Assembly (NCBI GenBank): GCA_030141605.1 | Contig: JAQGDQ010000179.1 | Location: 186,001-250,000, forward strand | DNA length: 64,000 nt | Source: Tubiluchus corallicola | Lineage: Eukaryota > Animalia > Priapulida | Direction: 5' to 3' | Shown: piece after piece, positions 1 to 13,100 of the stretch | Layout of the letters: each line of letters starts with the position of its first letter | Position numbering within the stretch: position 1 is the stretch's first letter | The notes under the pieces: generated by a model | The model's input: the letters and a program-made list of their open reading frames with translations, nothing else | What the model was told of the DNA's origin: nothing | Databases searched by the model: none | Made by a program: the position numbers and the translations under genes

Positions 1-366
1 AGCAAAAGAGAAGGAAGCGATTTAGCAGAGCAATTCGAATCGCTGTTCTTTGAAACAACCGCCGCTGAGGAATACGAGTTTGTGGAGAAACTCATTGCAG
101 ACACGATTCGGCTGGTACAAAAAGAGCAAGAACAATTGATGCCACTAAAAGCTTTGTATATATCAGAAGAGAAGGGTGGACTAAGTTCTTTGCTGAATCC
201 CTCGGGGTACGCGACCATAGCTAGATCCTCTTTCAAGCGTGCCAAATCGCCGAAGGCCAGAAAAGAATCTGGAGATGGGAAAGAAAGTGGTGCACAATCA
301 ATGAAAAAACAATCACAAAGTTTCAAAGTGCCAGCTAAACTTAAGGATATATTTTCAAAACAATGA
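1..366 (+). CDS. 3' terminal exon (5'-partial) of a RERG/RASL11/RASL12-like Ras-family small GTPase
   Basis: Frame 1 is open from base 1: SKREGSDLAEQFESLFFETTAAEEYEFVEKLIADTIRLV... This resembles the Ras alpha4/G5 (E-T-S/T-A)/alpha5 region with the 'ETxAAEEY' form of RERG/RASL proteins. It continues into a basic Ser/Lys tail without a CaaX box; TGA at 364-366. Confidence 0.7.
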   Translation, partial: SKREGSDLAEQFESLFFETTAAEEYEFVEKLIADTIRLVQKEQEQLMPLKALYISEEKGGLSSLLNPSGYATIARSSFKRAKSPKARKESGDGKESGAQSMKKQSQSFKVPAKLKDIFSKQ

Positions 367-2659
367 TCAGAAGCGGCATAAGGCTATCATTTAGTAGTTC
401 AAGTACTATTGACACAGTAAATGATGAATTGAGCAGATCTCATCTGACTTCATATAAAGCTTCTTTGGAATTGAAAAAGAGAACCTATCGTCTAAAAGAA
501 GTCAGTGACATTTCAGAGATCATTCATTGTTCTTATAGTAAGTTTGTCCTTATAGTAACTTTGTTCTTACAGTTCTTATACTACACTCTTCTTATAGTAC
601 AGTAGTTTAAAATGACGCAAGTCTAGTAACAGAACAAAATTAACCAAATTATGATGTCACACAAAATTTCTTTCAATGTTTTAAAATTTGGTAGAAAACT
701 TAGTATATTCTAAGACCGAGTTATTTCCTAAGCTCTTCTAGAGCCTCTCCAAGGGGCACAGACCATTTGGGCGCCAGACACTTGGACGCGAGACATTTGG
801 CTTCCAGCGTCCACGCACGCTGCCTAATGTTGCTATGTGTGTACCGAGACTCGAATCATACAGGCATACATTATAAACTTATTTCTGCGCAAAGCTGTAA
901 ATTGCTCAGTCTAGCAGGTTAAAATTATTAGAATCCTCGTCTCCCATATTTGACAGCCAATTTTTAAAGCATTTAAAGTTTTCTTAGGAAAAAAACAATT
1001 ATGTTCGCGAGTCCGTTCGTACAATTGAAGCTGGAAACAACTAACTAATATAGTCTGTGCAGCAAAATGGCTGCCGCTGAACATGTAATTATCAAGAACT
1101 TAGCAAGAGATATGCAAAAAAAGTTTGCAACAATTAGTTTTAATCTTAATATTGAAAATTGCACGGAGAAAAACAGTAATTTGGCTCGTTAATTGATCTG
1201 ATTGTTTTCGAGTTGGCGTCTAGTACGTAAACAACTACCCAACACATTTTATGTTTGTTTCTTCTTAAGCACACCACAATTCAATGCGTGGAGTACTATG
1301 ATATAATGCTAACTGAATTTCTGCATTAGTTGTACGGACGCTAAAATTTGATGTGAACTTTTGTGACTCACGTTTTTGTTATTTGTTGTTCCTGTGATCC
1401 ACTCGATATTTTTGAAATGAAATTTTGAAATAAAATGGTATCATATTTTCTTAATAAAATGTTAGTCTAAACTGGCGGCGTAATGTCTTCTCTGCTTCGC
1501 TCAATTTGAAAACTTCACGTAATACAAAAAGTGGAAAACCAAATCATGCACACTCGTTTGACTGGTTTTTTGATAATTTGTACTATATATTATAACTTTA
1601 TAGGACTTTAATAAGTTTAATTTAGTGAAGCGATCTTAAAAAATATTGTGAGCATCAGGAAAACAGTGAATCACTAAAAATTTACTAAACAAAAGTAAAA
1701 AATATGTAAAACATTAAGTTTTATTGGTGCCGAAATAACTCTGTAAAGCCCGAACCGCCTAAAGAGTTCGTCTGTCGATCTGTCCCAAGAGGAGGTTTGA
1801 AAAACTTTAGAACTATCAGGCACGGATAACGGTGGTCAAAATATGGTTCTAACCATGATTTCTGGGAGCTTAATAGCAAACTCAAGATTACGGCAAGATA
1901 TTGCCGCGGATCGACGGAGAAGAAGTCTTTCGTGATTTCCGTTTACATGCGGAAATCAATTGTAATGCTGCAGAGCAATCAGAGAACGCATTGGAAAGCA
2001 AAATACTAGGAGCTAATTATTGCTATGCATAACATAGAAATAAGTTGCATCTTAAATGAATATGCTTTTATGAAATCGCCATTGAATAACATGACAAGCG
2101 AGTCATATGTTCTTTTTACTTCATCATGAAAACGAGATTAACACATCCATTATTATTTGTGAATACTAAACAATTTTTATCGTGTTTAGCTACAATTGCC
2201 CACCTATTGCAAAACAGTCGAACAATAGATGTACAGGTGTTTGTAAAAATAGCCACAAAGACAATGGCTGCTAGATATTAGTCAAAAGACTGCGAAGGAA
2301 AGACAGGGAAAAGTCTGAAGTTATATTGACTATAGATCTAAATGTACAATAATTACACGTGGCATAAGATTCTTATCTTATCTACTATTACCTATCCAAA
2401 CAGCGTCAGGTGCTTCATCACGCTCAACACCTGTTTTAAGCTACCTGTTATATGCTACTAAATTATCACACATACATTACATATAACTTTACTGGTGTAC
2501 ATAAATTTTGTTGTAATAAGTATAATAAATATATATTCTGGTGTAAATTTTCAAATGATGATCTTTTAACAATTATTTCAGTGTTGCCTATTATTATCAG
2601 TTTTATTTATTTTGAACTTATTTTTCTTGCAAATGTGGTAGTTATAATCTAACGCAGAG

Positions 2660-5600
2660 ATGTATGGTTTGCTCGCTATTTTGATGTTGACTTTGAGAAC
2701 TGTAACAGGTATGTAAATAAATCTATTAATTATGTTAGTTTATATGAATCGACCTTTAGTGCGTTACTACTAGAGTATGCATTACATATAGTTCCACAAT
2801 ATGTGATGCATATAAATTTTATAATTTATTATATCAGCATAATTATTTTTTGTTGTTACTAGCCTTACACCAAACTCATTTCTGCAGACGATAATCAATC
2901 AGGTAAGGTAGGGCACTAAGCCTGTGCCAAAAACTGCTAATTGGCTTGGCTATTCAAATCTGTAAGTTGTAAAAATAGCAACGCAAGATTTATTAACCCT
3001 ATCATTAGAAAAGATATTATTTTTTTATCATATCAAGGCCGGCTGTAGTTAGTATGACGCCCTAGCCAAAAGTATTTTAGAGCCGCCTTGTCAAAGCGGT
3101 CCCCACATGAAATTCAATTTTTGTTATATGTAAAACGTAAAATGGTAAATGTGTGTTAGGTTTATTAATGTACTATACTGTGCTAATTATCTGTAGTTAA
3201 TTGCCAATCTGCAGCTTGAGTTGATTTCATTTGAAATTAAATTTATAGGATCTTCAGGAGAAATCAAAATTTCTATAACTCCTGCTGTACGCTGTAACTC
3301 TTTTGGCTAGATTTTCACATAGTATTTTCAGCAGAAAATTTTTGAAACAGTAATTCCTCTTTTCCACGTACATCCATTTCGCTAGTGCCATCTTCGCAAC
3401 TATAACTCAGGTCTGATTGCAACTACATGTACTCCACTAGCGAATCCTTTTGCTGTTCCACGTTTTTCCGTTTCCTATATTGCGCTCCTGAAGGTTTCGA
3501 TTCTTATAGGTTTATCTGCCAAAATTAGATAAACGAATTTATTAACGGAAGGAGTCGTTACGTTCTCTGCTGTTTTATGTATATAATATGAACTGGGCGG
3601 AAGCATGATAACGCGTCTGTAATGAAAAGGTTTAGGAAACCAGGTAAAGCAAAAATAGTGTTTTGATGAGGTAAGACAGCTGTCTATTAGCGTGAATGAA
3701 TCATACACTGGGCAAAAGCAGGATAACGCGTCTGTAATGATAAGGTAATTTTAGGAAGCCAGGTAAAGCAAAAATGGTGTTTTGATGAGGTAAGAGAGCT
3801 GTCTATTAGGACAGGAAAATAACGGAAGTAGTTCGTTTCATTTAATTAGTGTTGTGAACTTAAACAGTTACACATATGTTATGTTATTACTTATGCTAAA
3901 CTTAAACCATTAAGGAATTACTTCCAAAATTTGCCGGCCTAGACAAGTGCCTAGTGGAAGAGCCGGCGCCTGAACCATAGGTGCCCTCCAGTCAAAAGAA
4001 ATTGGGTAACCCAGATGAAGCGTAGTCGAAGATTCTGTTATGACACTTGCAGCGTGAGTAATTGAAACTAAACCACTGACAATATACAGGTCCAAGAGGT
4101 GAAAGATATCATTTATAAAAAATCTAATGTAGTTTTTATGAAGTAGCCAGCAAAATCATACTGATTACCAAAACGTCAGTCACGCATACCAAGCTTCAAA
4201 TTGGGCCTAAGAGCTGTGAACTGAACATTATGAACTTTTCGTTGTGAAATGTGAATTTACTGGGCAAATTGACGAGTTCATACCACAATTCTATATGACC
4301 AGTTCACAGGTTCTAGGTCAGAGTACTGCAAATTACATAATATTTATTGTATAGCTGTTTGCTACACATATTATTAGGATTTTGTTGATTTAGCAAACGA
4401 TTACTTCTCAATCACGGGAGGATATGGTTTCTGCGCCAATTCTTTGATGGGTCTCATTGAAGACATACCAACGTTTCCTCTATGTTCCGGGGCGGTAAAA
4501 GCACCACCTGGAGAGAGTTGAGTAATTTTCTCTCTTTATAAACTTTATAGTGATTAACAGAAGCCAACAACACTAGTTCACTTATATAGTTAACTGTCAG
4601 CCTGCTTATACAAATACAATATTTTCATAGCAACTGCTGTATTAAAGGTGTAGGACGGACATTATCACTGTAGAATACATTTTACCAAGAATAAAAGTTG
4701 GCGTAACTATTTGACCAAACGGTTTAGTCTAGAGGTAACGCGCGTAGAGAGTTTGATACCAGCGGGAGGTCATACCAAAGACTAAATAAAAATGGTACCT
4801 GCTGTTGCCCTGCCTGACGTGGGGTAATAATAGAATCTGTAACGTAGATTTCTTATTTACAAGTGGCCAAAAATGTTAATTCTTCCTCTAAAAGCCAACT
4901 TTAAATAAAGGTACACTTTAAATTAGTTTTATATTGGTGATGCCGCGTTACTTAATGGATAAAATACGAGATGCAACCACCTTTTTAAACCTTATTTGGA
5001 ATGTCGAAGATAGAAGTTAAGTGCACTATCTTTAAAAATTCAAAGTTTGCATGTATGGCTTCTATTAGACTGTAAAAAGCACGCATATTAAAAAAGATCC
5101 TGTTTGACATTTTTACATTCATGCATGTCCGTGGTATGTTTGAAGCGTTACATAGCTGATCGAATGGATGAAGCATTGTGTTTGACGACCAAAGTTAAGA
5201 ATGTTGCTGAAACTGGTCAGTCGACGGCTGAGAGAGTGGCTTCAATTCTCATTAGAGCCAGTTTCATTCGCCATGCTGTACACACATCCGAACACGGCTG
5301 ACTATCTCGCCTGGTTCAGTGGCTCACCCTAGTAACACAGCCTTGATAAAGACAAGTCCCAATCTCACCACAACTATCTAGTTTGAGTAGGGCCTGTCAC
5401 TAACGCTGATTCCGGCTTACAGGATTCCGCGTTATTTAAAAAAATCTGATCACACGTTGCTCCTCTCAAGCACTGATAAAGATGTAGCACAGTAAAATGT
5501 ATTGATCCAAACTAGAAGTACTAATGTGCCAGGATTTGGCATGTCCTGCTTGCTCATTTCTTGTAATGTTAAACCTTTGACGCACCAAAGTGTCCAGCAC

Positions 5601-8600
5601 CTCGCAACGAGAAAGCGTATATTGTCAATGAGAGATCGCTGGCTGATATTGGCAGCGATCGGTGGAAGCTGGCAGTCAGGCACTGGGTGTTTTGGTGTAT
5701 CATAGGAATTCATGGTTTCCATAAGAAAATCATGGGACGCGTCATAGATTTAGATGGTCTACGCGCACGCGCTTTATCTAAATTTATTGGGACACATTTA
5801 TCGTTGCAATGGAATCCGCTTTTTCGTATTTAATATTCTCATTGTTGGAGGCAGATCCATGGAAACATCAGAACGAAACTACAACAATATAAAAGGGCAG
5901 ATCCATTTAACAGGCATATTTGAGGGCCCTTTTGTGAAAGAGAAAATTCTGCTCCGTTACAGAATGGTCCCCATGCAAAATTTCAGCCTCCCACGATGAA
6001 GCCTGTTATAGCTCTCAAAGATAAACGGGACAACAATATGACAAAACGGATCCCGAATTCGCACTGAAACCAGAAAATTATGAAGACAGATAAATTTTTT
6101 TGGAAAAGCATGTTAAAAACCCTAAAAATCTTTCACAGCTCAAACCGTGAGGTAGAGGGCTACAGGAGAATGAAACACCTCAGCCGAGTTGTTTTTCACG
6201 TCATTACTTAGCATTATAGTGGGGTCTTCTACTCTTCACCTTTTATCATCAGTTTTCACTTACGTCATGACAAGTGTGTAACCATAACATCCGCAACAGC
6301 CATTAACTAAGTTCCTACAGAAGCGAGCTTCAACATCAATGACTCACGCAGTGTGATCTTTTTAACTTCCTGTTTAACACAATTCTGTTTTGGTTGTTTT
6401 TTGCTGTTGACAGGTATAATACTTTTTCGAAACTGATTTTGATTTTCAATAAAAAATTCAAGTGTCATAAATCCTATACAGAGCAATGCAGTTTGTTTGT
6501 CGCATAACTTGTATCACATAACATGAACCGCGAAAGGCGTACGTGGTGACGCCGTGTAAACTGAGGGAGCCGGCAACCAGGTGCTGGGCCTTAATTCGGC
6601 CCTGCTGTCCTGTCATTAGCAACTACTAAATCAGACACCAGAAAACAATGTAACTGATAAATTCAGGAAGCAGTACGGGGAAGTCTACTCATATTGGGAA
6701 AACCTAAACTGTTAACTAAGCAAACGTTAACTAAACCTAAGCAAACTAACATTACAAGCCACTTTGTTTCCAGAGCTAAACTGTGGTGATTATGTTACAC
6801 GAAAACAATGGTTTAGCTATTCGGCTTACGTATCACCACAACCCATATCACCACATATTCGAAGAATTATAATCCATGAAACCCAGACTGACACCTGCTT
6901 TACGCGGGATGACTGTGGCGAATCTATACGCAGTATCCAGATAAGACATTTAAAAGCAAGTAAGTACATGAAAAACTATCAAATTCACAAAATAATAAGG
7001 CATTTTAATAGTACTGTTATTTGTAATTTGTTGGCTAAATTAATTATTTGTAATCAAGATAATCAACATAAAGAATTAATATTGGAAATTTCAGTAAATC
7101 TCCAATATTAATTCTTTATGTCACTGTACAGCTGATTGAATTATTTGTGTTAATCTCCTTGTTGTTTCTATAAGTTACTGCAGTACGTAAAACCACATAA
7201 ATTCCATTGTATGTATTATGGTATAATGACAATAAATTGCTCACTACTTACTTACTTACTAAGATTATTATTAATAAAGGTACAGACCCACAATGGGACT
7301 TTGTGGTAGCTGGTTAGTCAGTTACAAGGGATGAACTTTAGACTGACAAGATCGCTTGAGAACATGACATTTGTCTTGTCAGCAGGTTCCTGGTTCAAAC
7401 CCAGGCGTGTTCTGACTTTTTCACATTTCTGCTTTTTAGATTTCATTTCAAAGTCAATTAATCGTGGGTAATACAATAATACAAATCAACTAATAAAAAC
7501 AAATTGCGAGAATGCTACTTTCAGATGTTCTTTTGTAAACAATAAATACCAAAATCACATTAATTTTATTACAACTGACTATTCTTCTTACCTAAACAAA
7601 TGTGCCAATTTGCAACGTTTGTCATTGAAACTGCCAAGCTTCCGTCTATGTTCTTTCCAGCATCCGATTTTGCAACAGTAAACTACACTGTAACTGATTT
7701 TATTTTAATATATCAATCACTACAATTAACATTTTTCAATAATAGAATAAATTAATAATTTTACTAAAGGTTTGAGATCAATTGACCAAAAGAAAGGTAA
7801 TGTTAAAAATATTGGACTGAGCTTGGATTTGAACTAGACACTCCTGGATTAAGTACAATGCCATGTGCATAACACCACACAAAGAATTGTTATCAAGGCA
7901 AACCCTAAGTTTTAAAAAGGCAAAAATTACACATCAGTACATAACAGCTAATATACGTTTATTACTTTAATTCTATTAAAATAATATTTATACAATAATA
8001 AAATATTTTAACGTATAAATTGAATACTAACTTAGTCTAGCATTAGTTTATTTACAACAATTCTAATACAAAACAAATTTCTATAATTCAGTATATCATA
8101 CAAAAATGATGTAAAATTTACATAGGTCTATTTGTTTAAATATTATGCTGCACAAAAATTTACAACATATTTCATTGTATTGTAGTGTGGACGGATATTG
8201 GATGGAACTGGCTGATAGGGACAGACGGACGGGTGTACGAAGGCAGAGGATGGGGGGCAACTGGCTCACACAGTGCTAGCTACAACTACATTTCGTATGG
8301 AATTGCCATGGTAGGAAATTTCACTGAATACAAGACCAGTGAGATTCCATTGGCCGTAGCAGAAGGAACACATGATCTGCTCCAGTGTGCTGTTAGACTG
8401 GTATCTATTTCACTTTTTATGCATAATTACAGTAAGGTAAACAATAACGATAAGACAAACAATAACGATACGTGACTTAATGAAATGTAGATACTATCTG
8501 CCCGCCAGTAGCCATTTCATTTACATCGATAAGCCAAAGCCATCACGTGACATTAGGGAGGGATTAAATCAAAAACTTGTTGGCCTAATCCTGATAGTTA

Positions 8601-9817
8601 GGAGAAAAATGAGTAATTAAATCACAGTTCCCCACGTGACACGTTGCCTAATATCATCTTGTGATCAAGGAAACAGGAAAAATTGTGAAGTCTAAACAGC
8701 AATTTCAATACACATGATCTACAACCTGTCTCTTCTTGTAGATTTTGCTGAGAATTTAGAAATTACATTCCTGTGGCCACTATATATAATTCACCTATAA
8801 AATGCTTTATCTGGTTATTCTAAAACTGCATTTGTGTTTTTCTTTTTTGTCGAAATGCTGATATCAATGGGAAACAAAAGCAAAAAGTTTTTATCTGTAT
8901 GAAAGTTTTGAAGTTGGTATGGTTAGCAATTAAAATAAATTTTAATGCCCAATTATATTTTGCCACCAGAACGATCTTAACATCCGAGAAGGCTATGTCA
9001 AACAATAAAGTACCAATGTACAAAAAACACTAGGCTCAAGAATCTTCAATTAATATATGCATTACAGGTTGATCGTGGTAGATTTTCTGTATGTTAAGAA
9101 CGTACTCGTCAGCAGTGACTGCTTTTGCTATAATGAATGTGTTTATTTTTTTCTTATCCAGAGTTTGAAAATTGCTCAAGTTTTAAAAATCTGTCAGGCA
9201 TTCCGTTTCTGAATTTTTTTAAACATCAATATCAGCCGAAGAAACTTTGGCAATAATTTTGATGCAAGAGCAGATGAGTGACTTCGTGTCACAAGCCAAT
9301 ATCAGCCGAAGCGACTTTGGCAATAATTTTGATGCAAGAGCAGATGAGTGACTTCGTGTCACAAGTCAATATCAGCCGAAGCGACTTTGGCAATAATTTT
9401 GATGCAAGAGCAGATGAGTGACTTCGTGTCACAAGTCAATATCAGCCGAAGCGACTTTGGCAATAATTTTGATGCAAGAGCAGATGAGTGACTTCGTGTC
9501 ACTAGTTAATCTATTTCAGTTCTATGCAACAGTCTATATTTCAGTTCTTGACTTCTAATTTACATAGTTCTAATCTAAATCTGCACACACTTTAGGGGCA
9601 CATCAGGCCGGATTACACTGTACACAACCACAGAGATGTGCTATGTGTTTACTGTCCTAGCAGGCCCATGAGGGAATATGTGAAAATCATACCTCATTGG
9701 TACAATGATGATCTTGGTTCAGGATGCCCGGATATTGTGTACGAGAGGCACAAAGAAAAAATGGAAAAGGCGAAAGAACAAGCTGAAGCACAAGAAAAAA
9801 CCAAGGAAGAGGAATAA
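2660..9817 (+). CDS. Secreted peptidoglycan recognition protein (PGRP, Amidase_2 fold), 6 predicted coding exons
   Basis: Exons are 2660-2708 (signal-like MYGLLAILMLTLRTVT), 2888-2902, 4394-4516, 6774-6959 (YVTRKQW...RIIIHETQTDTCFTRDDC...IRSIQIRH), 8186-8400 (WTDIGWNWLIGTDGRVYEGRGWGATGSH...YGIAMVGNF) and 9596-9817 (GHIRPDYTVHNHRDVLCVYCPS...PHW). All introns are GT-AG with compatible phases. The last three exons are secure; the first three are less so (weak GTTGAG donor at 4517). Confidence 0.9.
3034..3972. mobile_element. Decayed non-autonomous DNA transposon (hAT-like MITE) in PGRP intron
   Basis: Imperfect TIRs CAAGGCCGGCT / AGCCGGCGCCTG. The flanking 8-mers TATCATAT / AACCATAG match only partly. 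It contains an internal ~85 bp direct duplication (3607-3690 vs 3722-3809). Confidence 0.45.
4720..4832 (+). mobile_element. Truncated tRNA-derived SINE fragment
   Basis: Decayed A/B-box-like head followed by GGTCATACCAAAGACT...AAAAATGGTACCTGCTG, which resembles a SINE core found widely in metazoans (from memory, not searched). Confidence 0.45.
9227..9502. repeat. 70-bp minisatellite, ~4 near-identical copies, last PGRP intron
   Basis: Unit CAATATCAGCCGAAGCGACTTTGGCAATAATTTTGATGCAAGAGCAGATGAGTGACTTCGTGTCACAAGT starts at 9227, 9297, 9367 and 9437. Confidence 0.95.
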
Positions 9818-10131
9818 TCAACAGAATAATGTGACAATTAATATCTGATTTCATTGTCCTGATAAGTAACAAGGTTACATCTAAACTTTAAGAGAAATTT
9901 AAAATGTAAAATATAATGAACTTGTAACATGTACAATGGCCTCTTGTTTTTTCTATATGCAAATATTAAACTGGATATGTAACACGTAACTGTGAGAACT
10001 AATCAGCTTGACAATAACATTTTAACCATTTCTTCAACATCTAGACATTAAACATAATTTTTTTTGCTATCAGTTTTGCCATCAAGCAATGAGAAAGCAC
10101 CTAGTCCAAGAAATAGTAACAACATATATAG

Positions 10132-13100
10132 TCACATTGCACTTATCTTTTCTGACTTTTCTGATGTTTTAATTCTGGCGCAAGCACCAGTACCAAGAGA
10201 CGTTTGAACACACCATTTAACATTAGCTTGAATGCTCAGCTTATCGAAAGGTATTATAAGGCCTTGTACTGCAGTAGTAAAGATCATCGTGCTATGATTT
10301 GCTGCAACAACAAAAAAACAACGATTATCTTGAAAATTAATGAGTAAAATGTTTAACTAAGAATTATTTACCTTATTACTGATTGCCATTGCTGACTCAC
10401 TCACTTATGACATGCACATTACTGAATTATGTATTCAGTGGCTAGATGTCAAATGATACAAATTTTGCAATACGATACCAGATGATTAATTACTTTGAAT
10501 GATAAAAACGATACTGAAGTTAGACAATTCATGCAACAACAGAAAAAGTATATAATTAAAATCGTTAAATACTTCCATGCATTCAGTGCTGCATACTTAA
10601 AAAGGCTGCTAGTTAAGAAACACGTGTGCTTGTCGTAATGATGCACCAATAAGTAAGGTGCGACAGATAAACATATTACTGGGATAAAAATATTTACCTA
10701 TGCGAACTGCACATGACCGAGAAAGTGACACTAAAAATACTGTACAGTGTAATTGATATCCGTGCGTCAATATCAAACATGTATAAATATATACAAACGT
10801 TGTAAGTATGATTTAAACTGAATAATAACTGTTACTGCCAGGCGAACGTACAAGAAAATGATTTGCCGTCAGACAAGGTTATAATTTTAAATTTCTTTTT
10901 GTCCACTTCTTTGTGTAATTACAGTAAATAAAAAGAAAGGAATAGTGAGTAATTATAAAGCTAAGCAATCACACATGCCAATTTCGATACGATAACGGTA
11001 TTCCTAGAATAATATTGATACACTAATAAATAAAACAAATTTTTCATATAGATACGATAATTAATAATTATTGAAACGTTTCATTATCGTTGACATCTCT
11101 ATCAGGGGGTGCAATACATAAAAGTAGCTTCACTAAGTAAAAAATGTATGTGACCTGCACACTCACAGTATAAGTTCTTAATTGACAGCACAGCTTCTTT
11201 ACCATAACTTAAACTAACAATAACTACAAGTACTACATTGGTAACTACAGTGCTATCATGTTAATAATGCCACTGTAATAACTAGTCATTGAAAGTTTTT
11301 AAATTCCTTATAACAAGAACAATACCCATTTCATAAGCAACCTACGAAATTATAAATTTTATTACACGTTCATTCACAAAACCAACGTTTCCACTGCAAA
11401 CTAACAGTCACCTTCAGGAAATAACTACTAGTATGCAATGGAAACTGTTGATTTTCTTAAAAAAATGTAATAAAATTTATAATATAGTGACTTGTTTAGG
11501 AAAATTAAAGTCGCTTACTCACTTAATGAACTAAACTCAGTTATACTCTCATTCACATCATTCACAGAGAATATTTATCAAAAGAAGCATCTGAAATTTT
11601 TGTTTATTACTCATAGTAACCTAACACTTCTGAATGTTCACCTGCTCACTAATTAGTATTTTCATTATGCGAGTCTTACCAGTCAATGGAATTTTCAATT
11701 GTCTTCTTGTCAAGTTCATTTAGCTTTGCAATAACATTCTCTTCATCAAAAATTTGCTGAATTTCTTTCTGAAAAACACACCAGATGGCAGAAGTTAAAC
11801 AGCAACCTGTTTTACTCTCGTTCACAAATAATATTAATGAATATTTCACAGCAGCAAAACATTTACTTTGTGCATATTTTAGTACAATAAGCATAGCTTA
11901 ACGATGCTTATACCTTCCAGCAAAATGCAACATTATGTAAAACTTCGTTAAATGAAACCAAGACTTCCATAGGAAGTCACGTAAAAGAATTGAGATACGT
12001 TCCAGAGACAAAAATCAATGCTACTCAATTCAAATAAATTACAAGTTATTGAGTTTTATTCATATTTCTACTGATTAATTTTTTCTGCTTCCTTGAAACT
12101 ACCTATCTTTCTTACCAATACCTAGCTGACATTAACGTTGAAGCCCTAGCTATGAACATAGCGGCTGAAAACTACATAATAAAAGCCAGGTCCCAGGTCG
12201 CACCAGGTGTCGGCAAATAGAACTACTTTTATACAAGTGGCTAGCAGTTCGTATAAATAATAATTATACTGTTTTACATTACCATAGTGTTTTTAAAACA
12301 GAATAATTCAACATTTACTGTTTTAATGCTTCAAATTAGATAAGAATGTTGTTGATAAATAAAATTGGCTTGACCAAAGTAAAAAAGAAACGTGTCGTTA
12401 AGTGAGAAAAAGGTGTAAAATGCTTAGCGTCGTTAAAAAGAAACATCGCTAAACGACGAGTCGTTAAGAGAGGACTTACTGTATTAAAAACAGTAATGAG
12501 GAATTATCTCTTTTTACATTATGTATTTTTATTTTAAAATGATTGTAAAAACCACGTTGTAAAAACACATAGAAGTATGTAAAATGCATAACCGTTCTAC
12601 AGTAAACATCAATTGTCCAACTATGTAACTGGACACATGATGTTTACTGTAGAAAAAGTCTGTACAACTTACAGACAATTATGCATTTTACATACTTCTA
12701 TGTATATAACATATTTAATTAAATGTTACATTGACTCACCAGTTTCAACATCACTTACACAATTCTGACTTATCAATGAGGCTTCCAAGTTTTCTATCAA
12801 TTTCCAATCTAGGTTATCTGTACATCCCATAACTTCGTCCTGAAATGAGATTTAAATTTTATTATAACTATTGTTATTGACAGCAATTATGATAATGATT
12901 ATAATAATTATCGGTTCAGATTAAAAAAGTTACCAAAGAAATGGACAGTGCTTAAAGAAAAGCATAGTTCAAATTTGTACCAATGATGGTTTAATAAACT
13001 TGTTTTTAGAAAGACGAACTATTAGGGAAAAATATGGGGAAAACTTTAGGGTCACCCGATCATTTCATTTGCTAATACAGTGCAATTCTTCGATTCACTC

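Noticed and set aside
9227-9502. CRISPR-like array
   Set aside because: Units are identical head-to-tail with no unique spacers; eukaryotic context and no cas genes.
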